Assembly (NCBI RefSeq): GCF_009914755.1
Contig: NC_060931.1
Direction: 5' to 3' (one strand)
DNA length: 64,000 bases
Source: the human T2T-CHM13v2.0 reference genome, Homo sapiens
This document shows positions 1-18,525 of this stretch, piece by piece; the first letter of the stretch is position 1; each line of letters opens with the position of its first letter. Made by a program: the position numbers and the translations under genes. The notes beneath the pieces are model-generated. The model was not told the DNA's origin and ran no database searches. It worked only from the letters and a program-made list of their open reading frames with translations.

Positions 1-235
1 AATAAAGTGTGGAAACATCTTTTCCAAGAAGGCGTGCCTGATATCTAGCTGCTTCCATTTCACATAGTATGATTTGGGTTATCAATAATTACCTTGGGTT
101 TCCGTGGTACCTTGGGGAAACCATTATCAGAGCTTTTGTGGCATGATATTCATTACTATTGATATTTTTTTCTTTGCATTTCTATCTGTGTGTTTCCCTA
201 CTAGGTGCTGAACTGTTTAATGAGATGAAAGTGTC

Positions 236-400
236 TTTTTAAAACAACTTATCTTGAAATAATTTTAGGTTTATAAAAGAATTACAAAAATAGTTCACCC
301 AACTTATTCTCTTCATGTTAACCTGTCTCATAACACAACGTATTTATCAAAACAAATAAGATTTTATTAAGATTTCCCCAGTTGTTTCCCTAATGGCTTT
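236..400 (-). mobile_element. Old L1M (L1MC-type) 3'-end fragment
   Basis: ttgaaataattttaggtttataaaagaattacaaaaatagt...catgttaacctgtctcataac resembles the antisense 3' end of ancient L1MC elements; highly degraded. Confidence 0.45.
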
Positions 401-1144
401 CCACTTTGGATCTCTTAATGGCAAATTAGCCCCCTATTTACTTATCAGATTGTAGCTTTTTCTGTCTGCTAAGACACATTTAAACTAACACACAGTCTTT
501 CAAATATGCTTTCATATTTCCCCTTCAATGTTAATCTTCCTGTTCTGCGTTTCTTTCCTGATTTAGACAATTGTATTTCTGTAAAATATCTAATTTGGAT
601 TCCTTGATGGAGGACAAAATTGCCACATGTGACCAATCTATCATGGACAGCTAATACCCCAATTATGTAAGATATTATAAATTAAATATGAGGTTGGTTT
701 GGTGATAAAACAGATAAAAATGGGCTAAGAGCTAACTTGTTACATTTGAGTGAGTTATTAAGAAACAAGAATCTGACAGGATCTGGGAAATGAGATTTTG
801 TTTGTAAAGTTGATTGAAAAAAATTATAAATCACATTGGGAATCCATATGGATAAATCATCTATATATATAGCTCATATATATATCTATATCTATAATCT
901 GCCCATCTATCATGAATCTATTACTAATGCCCCCTTGAAGTTGAGGACATAGAGGAAAGATAACTGAATCTGTTATTCATTTTCATATATAACAGTGAGT
1001 AGCAATATAGAAAGCCTTTCTTATTCTATCCCTCATTTGGTAATTATTTTTCTACAAGCAGTATTTAAATCATAAAAGAACAGAGAATAGAAACAGGGCA
1101 AGAGAAGCTGCTTTACAAGGGAACCAAAGTACAACAATTTACTG

Positions 1145-1367
1145 CAAGGGTTGGCAAACTTTTCCTATAGAAGCATAGAAAGTAAATACTTTAGGCTTTG
1201 CAGGTTATGTGTGTTATCTGTTGCAATTTTTCAGCCTTGCCATTATAACAGGAAAGCAGCCAGAAGTACCTAAACAGATGGGCATTACTGTGTTCAAATA
1301 AAACTTTATTTATAACAACAGGCAGAAGGCTAGATTTGGCCCAAGGTTGGTAGTTTTCTGACTCTTA
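1145..1367. mobile_element. MER58A-like hAT-Charlie non-autonomous DNA transposon
   Basis: Degenerate TIRs caagggttggcaaact ... agttttctgactctta, internal ttcaaataaaactttatttataacaacaggcag, ~220 bp length, partial 8-bp TSD atttactg/atttagaa. Confidence 0.8.
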
Positions 1368-1838
1368 ATTTAGAAAGAACAGATTATATACAAGAAGAAA
1401 TCATTTCCAAAGTGCACAATAATTTCAGGACAGCAGTCTGGATGCTAGAAGCACTTAAAGTCCAAGTGCTCTGTCACTTAATGCACTATTTGCCATACTC
1501 TCTTATAGAAATAAAAACAAACCAGTTATCAATAAGCCACAGACTTCCTGCAACAATTTAAGTGACATTGAGGGATCTTAAAAGCTATAAGGAATATATT
1601 TGATATAATGATCTTACTCTTTCAAGGAATGACTTCATCTTGTCCGTTTGTCAATGAGAATATAAAAATGACTAAAATTTGTCCCTATTTTTTCACGATT
1701 TATGTTTGTTATCCAGCACTTGACTAGGAAGAAAGGACCAAAGAGAGACAATGTTTTCTCTTATACACATTGTTTGCACATTGCTCGTTAACACCTCCAG
1801 GACAGAGCATCACCGTGAAATTCTCTATTGAGCAGTAA

Positions 1839-1865
1839 AGAGAGACAGAGAGAGAGAGAGAGAGA
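1839..1865 (+). repeat. (GA)n microsatellite
   Basis: Direct reading: agagagacagagagagagagagagaga. Confidence 0.85.
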
Positions 1866-3129
1866 AGAAAAAAGAAACAACAGCCTGGAAGTAGCTTTTG
1901 TCTTTCATCACTATTCACTACTGAGATGGTAACTATAGTAAGTGGTAGGTGGTGGCACTAGAGCACTCTAATTTGTGTATGGGATTTGGGACGGAGGAGG
2001 AGAAAATATTATATGATAGGGATAAAATTGGCCCTAAAGTCTTTCTTCATCCTGTAATGCATTGAAGATAATAGTACTGTCATAACAAGTTGGTCTTAGA
2101 TGCTTTGAACAAAATACATAACATGGAAGAAGTAAGTGAACTAGCACTACCTTTAGGGGAAATTCTGCAATTGCCTAAGTATAAAACCATTTCTAAACAC
2201 TTCTCTGACATTTCTTCTAGTACCAAGACTTTAGCTTATAAAAATAACTAAAAACGTTTGAAATCACACAATCATGTAATTGATGGAATTAATTGTTGAT
2301 AAACATGAATTATTTCTCAAAATTATGAATCTGGTCATTAACCAATCTTGTATGTTATATTCTGAAGTTCACTCTTCAGTTTTCTATATATAGGATAGTT
2401 GTGAAAATTGAGTGGGAGCCTTGGCCACAGAAATGCAAACTGTGAATTGGGTCAAACACTTCAGTGAATGTAACAATATAGACACAATTAGTAACAAAAT
2501 TTATTTGAAGTGAATATGGGGAAGCCTCTGAAAGAAAAAAATGGTGATAGTTTTTAATAAATTAGTCAAATACTTTAAAATAGGCATAGTTGAATTGAAC
2601 AACATGTTTTTTTTTTTGTTTTGTTTTGAGTTTTAATAGCTATAAAAGGAGAGAGAGATTGTCATGCTGCCATGAAATGGATATAAACAATTTTCAGCTG
2701 AGACTCTGACCAAAAAGTAAGTTTTCCATCAACAAGAATTTAAAACAGTCTTTGATTTATGGCATCCAGCAGAGAATGCAATCACAGATAGCACAGCCAG
2801 GAAAAGAACATTCATTATTTTAGAGAGACAAAGAATTGTGGAATTATGCAGCCATTTTCTCTAATAAACATTTTTATCACTTATGGGAGGAAGCTGCTCT
2901 CCTTAGTAATAGCAATGATGAGTACTTAAATTAAGGAGAGCTTTAAATTGGTTAAAACAAACACCTACCCTAAGAATAAAGAGTAAATAATAAAAGACTG
3001 AAGATAAAGACCACAGTCCATGGTAATCAGAAATGATCAATGAGCCACTTGGGACCTCCCAAAAGAGATCAGCAAATCTGAAATCCAAGTGGTGTTAGAA
3101 TAAAGACCTTTTGATTGATCATATTTGAT

Positions 3130-4040
3130 TAAAGCTTCCACCAGTTTCTTAGAGAAACATAAAAAATATAAATCAGGAAAACAGAAAAGCTATCAAATAA
3201 TTATCTTACAAAAAATGAGAAAACAAGAAATATCAACAATAACAAAAAACCTCAGCACACCGAAATAGTTTCACAGAAAAATCCTACCAAAGCTTCAAAG
3301 ATTAAGTAGATCCAATGTTACATTCTAAATTACAGAAAATGAAGAAAAGCTTTTAAGTAAATTCTATGAAAGCAGTATAAAGTTGATCATTAAATAAGAT
3401 AAGGAAGGCACCAAAAAATCCACCCAATGCATAGATTAATCTGACTGTAAATTAAAAAAAAATTCAGAAAAATTCAAAAGAAAATAACAGCAATCAGAAT
3501 TCACTGTCCACATTAAGGAAAAAATGCATCTTGCTTAAATGGAATGGATGAGAACAAAATCCCCTGCCAATTGTTCATAAAAATGATTGCTGAAATAGGA
3601 ATTATTAGATACTTTCATATGTGCACATACACATATATAGTTATTGAATGGCTAGAAAATGGTTTCAGTTTATAATAAAGAGACATGACAACTAAATAAC
3701 AAGATAGGATACTGAAGTTTTCAGTAAAACTTCAACGACTGTAACTGAGACAATTGGAAAAACTTTGAATAAGGCCTTCATAATAGATGGTAATTTTCTA
3801 TCAATATTATGTTTGTTGGGTGTGAAAGTTATGTTGGTCTCAGGCTTATGTAGAAAAATAGCATTGTTCTAAGGAGTATATACTGAAATATTTAGGAATA
3901 AGTTGTCATAATGATCCAGAAAAAGAAAAAGTCTCTCTCTCTTTATCTACCAATCATTGATTGACCTAGGTGATGATATATGAGCATTAATTGTACTATT
4001 CTTCTAGTTTTTTCTGTATGAGTTACATGTTTCCAAAAAA
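3130..4040 (+). mobile_element. Ancient L1 (L1ME/L1MC-type) ORF2 remnant plus 3'-end fragment
   Basis: tagtttcacagaaaaatcctaccaaagc resembles the ORF2 DGFTGEFYQ region; gagacatgacaactaaat...tactgaaatatttagg...ttgtactattctt resembles an old L1 3'UTR. Confidence 0.5.
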
Positions 4041-4091
4041 GAGTCTTGGAAAATTGATATATTAATATTTATTTGAATTTTTGTGCATTTC

Positions 4092-4215
4092 TCTTTGAGA
4101 TGGGGGGTCTCTCTATGTTGTGTAGGCTGGTCTCGAACTCATGGCCTCAAGTGATTCTCCTGCCTTAGCATCCTGAATAAGCTGGGACTGCAGGCATGCA
4201 TCACTACAATTGGAT
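4092..4215 (-). mobile_element. Free left Alu monomer (FLAM-type)
   Basis: tttgagatggggggtctctctatgttg...ggctggtctcgaactc...gctgggactgcaggcatg; single ~125-bp monomer. Confidence 0.75.
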
Positions 4216-5078
4216 TTGTACATTTTAAAGCCATAAAAGGCAATATTCTAAGAAAATTTTAGAAATAACTCTGATAGATAAGCAGCCATAATAACTTTTC
4301 CGGGTTGCAGCATGTCTACTCATGCAAACGCTCATCTGTTTCTTAACTCACAGTCTCCAAGACAGCTCTAAGAAATGCTGCATCTTTGGACACTACTTAA
4401 AAATAACATTTCCATTCTGTTACACAGTTAAATATGGTAGTGAAACATGAGGTCTTTGTAGATATATTCTCTAGAAAATATTTTTCAAGTGTTAGCATTT
4501 GACACTTAAGGGAATGTACTACAAGTTTGGGAAAATAGTCACTTATAAATACCACTATTTATTTGGCATCTAATGTGTGACTAGTACCATCCTCATTAAT
4601 GTGTGACTAGCACCATCCTCATTATTTTGCATGAATAGCCCATAAATCCAACAATAACCATATATATTTTAATTAAATTTTAAAATAAATTTGGTAGTAA
4701 ATAACAGAGCCGGGATTCAACCAATATCTGTTTCTTTCAAAATGTTGTTCTTATCAATGCATACATACATATGAAGAAATTTGAAATTTTCCAACATATC
4801 GCAATGTAGGGTTATAGAATATAACTTATAATCTAACAAATATACTATACTAATAGGGGATATAATTAAGTTAGGTTATTTCCACTCTATCTAACAAATT
4901 TTAATATTCCTTAGGAAAGAACCTGTCTTCTGAGGTTATGCCTGTTGGCAAAAAATCATGACAGAAATGTTTGAATGAGAGGTTCAAGTAGTTTTATAAA
5001 TGGTCTTCAGCACAGTTAATTTCCCCAAACTAAGATATCAAAATTGAATAGATTCCATTTTTTTTATTTTTCAATTTT

Positions 5079-5470
<392 letters not shown>

Positions 5471-6354
5471 TAGACAGGACAGAAAGTTTTACTGATTTTT
5501 GTTCATAAATAAAATTCACTAGACACCACAGTGAATTACATTGACAACACAAAAATATTCACAACTTCTACCCTTATTCTATTTAATATTTATTTAATCT
5601 ACCACTTCAATAAGTAGGAATTGCAAAGAGTGAAATAACTCTTGTATCCTTTGCTCCCCCTCCCTCTCACACACACAACCTGGATTTCTAGCAAATATAA
5701 GCTTCAGTAAATAAATTTGGTAGTACACGACAGAGCCAGTATTAATATTTAGATTGCATTTAGTATTTCAGATTGTTGTTAATTGTATCTTTACTGCTGT
5801 TTAAATATTTAGTATTAGTATTTTAGTATTGCCCCTTAGTATTTTAGATTGTTGTTAATTGTATCTTTACTGCTGTTTAATTTGCTGAGAAGAATGAGCT
5901 TTTAAAATATATAAATTAGGCTGGTCAGGTTTGTTTTACACGTATTTTATCCAGAGCTAAAGATCATTTTGTTTTCCGCCCTTGCCAACTAAAAGTAGAA
6001 AAGTGGTTTCTAAACAACAAAAAAATGGGGGTAATATAACATTCCAAAGAAAGTATCCTTAAAGAGCCTGTGGAGCATCTGAAAAATATCGATCCTAGAA
6101 AGCAAATGAAACAGCACATTGATCTTGGAAGAAAAAAAAGGTGGTGAGAACCATGAAAACAGCCAGAGAAAAGTCTTAGCAATAAAGAAGAGCACACCTT
6201 ACTGACAGACTTGAAGGAAGACTGAAAATGTGAAGGTACAGGAAAATTTTAAGGTGAAATAGAAAGATCATCTTAAAAGTATAAGTCAAGGTCATTAGTG
6301 AATAATAATGCATGTGGGTTTTAAGAAAAACACTTCAGTGGGGGAAAGTGATAA

Positions 6355-6515
6355 ACAACAAATTTTAGTTCCAGCTAAGCCTCCAAATAGAGTGAATTTC
6401 AGAAATCACTAAATCCCAGGCACTCATCTTTTATACGTGTAAAAAAGAGCAGTGATAGCAACGTTCCAGTCACAGGATTGCTAAAATGACCCATTGGGGA
6501 ATTTGTGAAGCATGT
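6355..6515 (+). mobile_element. MIR fragment
   Basis: Degraded MIR core ...aatcactaaatcccaggcactcatcttttatacgtgtaaaa...tcacaggattgct. Confidence 0.45.
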
Positions 6516-6929
6516 CTTTGAATTCTTTTCCCAAAGGGATTCTGTCTTAGGCAATATTAGGTTTGGCATCCATTAAACCAAACAATTGCTAAGGTACAAA
6601 TAGCCAGCATACTTCCTAAAATATGCTGTGTAAGAAAATTAGAGAATCATGGAAAATCCCAAAACTGCACTGAGAACAACAGAATATGGTAAATTCTCTT
6701 AATAGAAAATAAAGAAAACTGAATTGAAATTCTCCTCTATATTTTGCATTTTATTCTGTATTTTATGGACTACTCCCTGACCACACACACACACCTCTTA
6801 TTTAATTCATTAGTCCATAACATAGTCCCAAATCTTTCATGTCATCCCACCTTCACCCTTACCACCAAACAATAACCTAGATTCAGTGAGAAAGTTCTCC
6901 TAATTTTACCCATTTATCTCTGAGATTTT

Positions 6930-7660
6930 CCAGGTCCCAATCCACAAAGCTAATGTCTAGATCAAGCACTCACAATTTCTTGTCTGGACTAGTGTAATTA
7001 TTCCCTACTTTTTTCCTCCAGCTAAATTCTATATCTCTAATCCATTTTCTGTATTACCAGAACAGTGTTCTTTGCAAACATCACAAACACTTGTTTAAAA
7101 CCTTTCAGTAGCTCTCAACTTTCTACAGGGTTGTCTCCAGAGAAAAGTATTTATACTGTAGGAGTGACTGAATGATGTGTCAAAAAATCAATTTACTTAA
7201 AAACAACATTTTTTATGAAATAAAAGAAAATGGAATAGACCAAATGGAATAGAATAGAAAAGACCTGGGTACCCATTACCCAGTAAGATGTAATATTTTT
7301 GTGAGATTTTAATTTTTATGTGTTTAAATTTGAGTAATATAAAATATTTTACTATGACTTGTGTTTAAGAAAAAGCTTCAAGAACACTTCTGTAGATTAT
7401 ATAGATCCCCTCATAATCTTGCTTTTCCTGTATCTATAGCTTAACACCTCAAAGTTTCAGCCATACTTTAGTTGAATAAATAATCTGCACTCTTTCACAT
7501 CTTGGGACAATCTATATAATTGTCCCCTGCTGAAATGTTTCCCCTTTCACCTCCCTGTCAACTTGGGAAATGCCTACTCAGTTTTCAATATGCAACTCAA
7601 ATATCATCTGCTTTGTGAACCTTTCAGGAACCCTCCTCCTCATGGTCCCCAGTGCCCTAT
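6930..7660 (+). mobile_element. L2 fragment interrupted by a DNA transposon
   Basis: caatttcttgtctggactagtgtaat...tttaaaacctttcagtagct and tcagttttcaatatgcaactcaaatatcatctgc match L2 3'-region motifs. Confidence 0.55.
7150..7392. mobile_element. hAT-Charlie-type non-autonomous element (family uncertain)
   Basis: aaaatcaattta...gaatagaatagaaaa...aaaaagcttcaagaacactt resembles Charlie-derived MITEs and interrupts the L2. Confidence 0.4.
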
Positions 7661-9053
7661 CTCCAGCTGGCTGTTTTGAATTGGTCTAAAATATTAAGAG
7701 TTTGGTGATGCAAAACTATTAGGTTCTTTTCGTTTGATCTCTAACAGCATGAGGTAGAAAACAGATAGATGCATATTTTTTAATAACCTGAAACTAGACT
7801 ACAAGCAATCTCTCCAAAAACCCTCTCCTTCTGTTTTTTGGGGAGTACGCTGAAAAAAAATTTTAGAAGGTTACTTAAGACAAATATTGCAATATTCATG
7901 TTGCATATATGGGGCATCAGGACTCCTCTGAACTGGTTTGTTTGGAATCAAGCCTGGAGAGCAATGCTTCGGTGTATAGAACATGTACAAGACTGGCTAG
8001 AGTCTTAAGTCTATTAATACATGTTAGAATGGTGTCTCTAAATATCTTTTTTTCCAGACAATATATTTCCAGTATTATTAATTTCACTAGTGAACACCCC
8101 TTTCTAACAATCATTCACAAATAAGCCATTGTTTTACAAATGAAAACCAATTATAGTCATGCAAAATAGCAAAACCTCTGTTGTTAATCATGTTAAGGAT
8201 AGCTGAGGCTTGTATTTCAGATGAAAATGTAGCTGCCTGCCCTGGACTATGAATTCTGGATTAGGACAATTCCTTAAATGGTAATTTAAACAATTTTTAT
8301 CTGATATCACACTGTCAATAGCAGACATATTTTGAAGTAAATCACACACATTGTTAAACTAAAAATTATAATTAACACATCTTGGCTGTTGGAAGTTAAA
8401 TTTAGTATGTTTTTATAATGAATTTACTTCACAGATACACAGGTAATGATGAGTATAAAAAATCCACAGTCCAACATTTTTGTATATTTAGGGGGAAGTC
8501 TGTTAATGAGAATATGGTTACAAGTGAAAAGAACATGGCTTAAAATTCATACATACAAAAAAGTTTATCCTTAATTTCCAAAGAATAATGTATATTTTAC
8601 TATTCCACTTACTGTAATTGGAGCAGAATGTGTAAATAGAATGCTTCTTTCTCCACTTCTGAAAATATTTTCCACCCTATAAGTTTAAGAACACCAAAAT
8701 GTCTATGAACTTCTCACTTCCATGTGCAGAATTAGAAAGGTTACAAGAAATTTATTCCTATTTCTTGGTAGATCCATAAGTCAGATGACAGTTGTAAAAA
8801 GAGGTCAAAGACAGTAAAATTAAGTGACTGATGAACACATTTCTTTAGAGAAAGTTGTTACCCTAAACACAGTTCTCACTCCTTCTTTTAGGAAAGGAAA
8901 GGAGGTGGTAGTCCACGGAAAATTCTGTTTAGGTGCCTAACTCATAATTGAGGTCAATAGACAGTGAACTACTGAATACTTCTAGAGGTAAAGGAAAAGT
9001 GAGTTGTTTCAGTGGTAGAGCCAGAGAGTGAAGGCTGCTGCACTGTGTTGAAG

Positions 9054-10053
<1,000 letters not shown>

Positions 10054-10884
10054 CCTTCTCCTTGCCATTCAAATTATCCTGCTTGCCTAAAGTCTGTCAG
10101 AACAAGGAATGGGTGAATATTTCCTGTTGACCAGATGTGACTGAGAGAGAGAAATCCATGTAGGGTATGTTTTATCCTTTAGGGTCATGTTGGAGAGGAT
10201 GAGGGAAGACCTCAGAAGAAAGGCTTGAAAGTATCTTGATGCCCAATGGCTACAGAAGGAGCTCTGAGAGGCACCCAAATCAGAGGTGCTTTCTTCCCAC
10301 CTGAAGAAAGTTCTTCAGAGAAGGCCCACAGTAACATTTTACTGATAGAGAAAGTTAGCTTCTCCCACCTAGTGTGGCCATCCGGGAAAGCTACTTTAAA
10401 TATATTCAAGCACCAAGAGTGTGAAACCAGCCAGCCGCATAGGACCTGACTTATCCTCTTATTTTGCCTTCCTCTTGAGGTTTTAACATGGCTAGGAACA
10501 CATCAACTGCTGATCAACGGAGATGAGGCCTAAGGAAAAGAGTAGAGAACGTGCCCTTCCTGACAGCCAACCCCAGGCTGAGCAAGGCCCAAAAAGATGG
10601 GGGTAGTCATTGCTGCTCATATTGATGGGAAATTCCTGCTAGCACAGATACTCTTCACATTTATGTTTATTTTGATTTTCTTATTATAAATTTAACCCAT
10701 ATTCATTAAATAAAATATAAAAAGAAGAGAGAGAAAAAAATGACAATAGAAATTACTGTGTATTCTCATAATAAATTATTTATCCTTTAAAATTAAATGT
10801 TGATTCCACTATCCCTATAATTATATATTATCCTATTCTTTATTAAAAATACAGAATAATAGTTACAAGTATATACTTAGGGTC

Positions 10885-11065
10885 TTCCAAACTGAGCTTA
10901 GCTATTTAATAGGTGTATGACATTGAGTAACATACTGATTTTCTCTTTTCCTCAATTTTCTAACATATAAAAGGAAGCTAGTAAAACCTACATAATAAGG
11001 TTGTTGTGAAGATTAGTATGAGATTAAAAGTGAATAATTTATCACAGAGCCTGATATATAATATT
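10885..11065 (+). mobile_element. MIR
   Basis: tgtatgacattgagtaacatact...cctcaattttct...aggttgttgtgaagatt...cacagagcctg follows the MIR core and tail. Confidence 0.65.
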
Positions 11066-11467
11066 TGGTCTGAATTGAAAGCTGTTGTTATTCCCAGATT
11101 GCAAGAATTTTTCCACATACTTGAATACTTGAATATACACTATTCCACATAGTTGAATATGGACTATTAAAAAATGTGCTAACCACTCCACCACATCCTC
11201 AATTATAGATTTAGTATAAATTAGAAATTTTCTTTTTGTAAAAATTCTACTGTAATTTGTGTGCTTCTTAACATTATATATACATTTTCTGCTCATCTCT
11301 TATTCTCTTGGATTATTTACTGTAACTATGCCAAAGGATAATAAAAATTCTAAATTTTTTTTAAAAATAATATTTTTATCTCTTTTTTCCCACATAGAAT
11401 TTAATATAGGGCCTGCCCCATATTAGCTACTGATCAAAGATTTAAGAATATAATAAACTAACACATG

Positions 11468-15344
<3,877 letters not shown>

Positions 15345-15785
15345 AAGCTAATACATGAATAAATGAATGGGTAAATGAATAAATAAATGAAATATGTATG
15401 TAATTAAAGATTGCCTTTCTGAAGATACTTCTGTATATAGTTTTCCATTCTTAGATAGCCAGATCAAAAATAAATAGTTCTACAGAATTTGGATAGGATT
15501 TCATTTTCTACAAAATTTGCTAAAATTATTTATTGGACATAATACTAAATCAATGTTTGTATGATCACAAATATAAAGTTCCCTTTAGGGAATCTTTAAT
15601 TTAGCACATTTACACATTAACCTTACTGTAAAGCTTTCTGGAATTGACTTGGTAATCCTATTTACAGACAGGAATAGAGATTTGGTTTTGTTTCATTACA
15701 GAATTAGGAGTTTTACTAATGACTGGGAAATTGTTCTTGCTGAAGACGAGGGCAAACATTTTAAAACAAGAATAATTGTTTAGTG

Positions 15786-16008
15786 CAGAAGTTCTCAAAC
15801 TGCTTTGCACATTAACATCTCTTTGAGAATTTTAAAAAATTTCAAAACTCAGCTCCACTCCCTACCCCCATAGACCAGTGAAATAATAATCTCCACCCCA
15901 AATCAATTAGGTCATAATCTCTGGGGATGAGACAGAGACATTCACATGTTTCACATTTATTTTTATTGAAGCATTCCAGCTAATGGTAGGCAAGTTTGGG
16001 AACTACCA
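15786..16008. mobile_element. MER5A/B hAT-Charlie MITE
   Basis: cagaagttctcaaact ... aagtttgggaactacc TIR-like ends, internal aatctctggggatgag. Confidence 0.65.
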
Positions 16009-16512
16009 ATGGCTTGGTATATGACTACGTTTCTGGCTTATATTAGCAGTAAGAGCAGGCACTCTGCATTAATTTTAACATTCCACGAAGCACTGTTAAA
16101 ACTTTATTTGAAAGCGTACTAAATCTGCTGTGGAGAAAAATATATCTTTGGAAATCCCAATGTGCATATTTATTGTACTTTTACCATTGCCCTATCAAGT
16201 AGCAGAAGCATGTTTATCTGTCATAGGAATAACCACATCTGAATAGAAATTCATATAGCACATTTACAACCATTTAGCTCCATGTTATAATACTGTATAA
16301 ATAAACCTCATGAATATAGTAAGTAGCCCAGCTTACAAGATTTCTTAATATATCAGAAGACTTTTTTAAATTTGAAACTTTTAAATCTCTTAAGACTTCA
16401 AATTTTGTTTTTAATAAAGAAGAAATTAAGCTGAATTTTATCATCATTCTAGTAATCCTAGTGCATATCAATTTCTCATCAAATCTTCAATTAAAAATAT
16501 CCATCATCATTG

Positions 16513-16730
16513 TCAAAGGCTACAAAGTCTCAGGAGAAATAAGCATAATTTTTTTGGAGATAAATTGTACAGCATGCTGAATATAGCTAATAACTTAATA
16601 CCCTACATTTCAATATCACAAAGAAAGTATATTTCTAATGTTCTCATCACAAAAATGTTAAATATTTGGGGTGATGGGTATGTTAATTAGCTTAACTTAA
16701 TAATTCTACACTGTATTCAAAATTCATAAC
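16513..16730 (+). mobile_element. L1MA (MA5-7-like) 3'UTR fragment
   Basis: caaaggctacaaagtctcagg...tgttctcatcacaaaaatg...ggtgatgggtatgttaattagctt. Confidence 0.7.
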
Positions 16731-17379
16731 TTTTTATGTTTGTTGGTCGCTTGTCTGTCTTTTGAGAAATCTCTGTTCATGTCCTTTGTCCACTTTTTAA
16801 TGGGATTATTTGTTTTTTTCTTGTTGAATTGTTAAAGCTCATTGGAGATTGTGAATATTATGACTTTGTCGAATGCATGGTTTGGAAATATTTTCTTCCA
16901 TTCTGTAGGGTGATGTTTACTCTGTTGATAGTTTCTTTTGCTATACAGAAGCTCTTTAGTTTCATTGGATCCCACTTGTTAATTCTTGTTTTTGTAGCAA
17001 TTACTTTTGAGGACTTAGTTATAAATTCCTTTCCAAAGCCAGTCAGTGTCTAGAAGGATATTTACTAGGTTTTCTTCAAGGATTTTTTATAGTTTTAGGT
17101 CTTACATTTAAGACTTTAATCCATCTTGTGTTAATTTTTGTTTATAGTGATTGGTAGGGGTCCAGTTTAATTCTTCTGCATATAGATAGCCAGTTATCTC
17201 AAAGTTGTTTAATGAGTAGAGAGTCCTTCCTCCATTGCTTATTTTTGTTGACTTTGTTAAGGATCAGATCATTGTAGATGTAGATGTGTGGCTTGATTTC
17301 TGGGTTCTCTATTCTGTTCTCTTGTTCTGTGTGTCTGTTTTTGTACCAGTACCGTGCTGTTTTGCTTACTGTAGCCTTG
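16731..17379 (-). mobile_element. L1 ORF2 fragment (L1PB/old L1PA-like), antisense
   Basis: Antisense ORF2 peptide [17 protein letters not shown]...ENPEIKPH; gaggacttagttataaattcctt motif. Confidence 0.85.
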
Positions 17380-17391
17380 AAATAATAGAAG

Positions 17392-17523
17392 AAGAAATAA
17401 TAAATGTTTGAGGTGATGTAGATCCCAATTACCCTGAGTTGACCATTACACACTGTATGCATGTATCAAAATATCACATGTAGCCAATGTGCATAGCCAT
17501 TACGTAGCAATAAAAAATAAAAA
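17392..17523 (+). mobile_element. L1MA4-like 3' terminus
   Basis: aaatgtttgaggtgatg...cccaattaccctgag...gcatgtatcaaaatatcacatgta...aataaaaaataa. Confidence 0.7.
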
Positions 17524-18276
17524 CCACATATTTAAAATACATACAAATAATCAATAACTGGAGCTACAAGCCCATTAAGACTTGACTGACGTCTGCTCTT
17601 GAGGCTAGGAAGAGAGATATATAATAAAAAGCTATGTGTATTGAAAAAGCAAAGAAGGGAGAATGTACAATATGTTAAGATAGTGGAGATGAAAGAATAG
17701 AAAATTCTTAAGAGAAGTTAAAAAGATAGAGAAAACATCAGGATGAAGATAATATTTGAATTGAAACTTAAAGAATCTATGTAATTTCATTGGTATAGTT
17801 CATCTCCCAATTGTTGGAAACACATTCTCACCTCCTGCTGTTCAATCATACAGTTTTTCATGGAGCCTATGTACTGTAATAGCTCCTAAAAAGTCTGAAC
17901 AAATTTAATTAAAATGCCATTTCAAGATAGAATATCTCCTGGAATTACTTATCTTTAACCATTCTATTTAGAATATTTTATAATGGAGGTATAATTAGCA
18001 TACATGGAAAGCAAAGAAATAAATCCTCATTGTTAGTAACTTATGTTGAAATCAATAACTACAACATCATGTCATTAAAAAAAATTAGGTCTAATTTAAC
18101 TGGCTACTTGCCATTTTGTGACACATATCTATTTGGCACTGCCTCCATGAAAGTTATATTTTCTGATTCTTTTAACATGCCACAATTGCATGTTTGTGTA
18201 TTAATAATTAATTAAACTAAAAAATAATTTTGAGGTTTCCAAGCCAATAAATTTTTACATGTGTGAGCCTGTAACA

Positions 18277-18525
18277 ACAACAATAGCTAATATTTACTGA
18301 GGGTTTACTCTCTAGGCCAGGCAGGATACTAAGGGATTTACATGCATGATCTCCTCGAACTTTTACATAAACCTAGGGAGCTAGTTATTATAATGATCTC
18401 CATTATATATATTAACAAATGGAGGCCCAGAAGTATTGTCATTTCCAAGGTCACAGCCAATAAATAGAGACCTTAGTTTCAGCCCAGGCAGAAGTTCATT
18501 ACCACATCCTTAAGCATGACAACTT
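18277..18525 (-). mobile_element. MIR (near full length)
   Basis: aatagctaatatttactgag...ggaggcccagaag...tccaaggtcacagcc...agcccaggcag. Confidence 0.8.

Noticed and set aside
10212-10449. Slightly GC-richer block with 63-67-aa ORFs and a partial CTCF-like site
   Set aside because: No recognisable protein or exon boundaries; the motif mismatches core positions; possibly an unrecognised old repeat.
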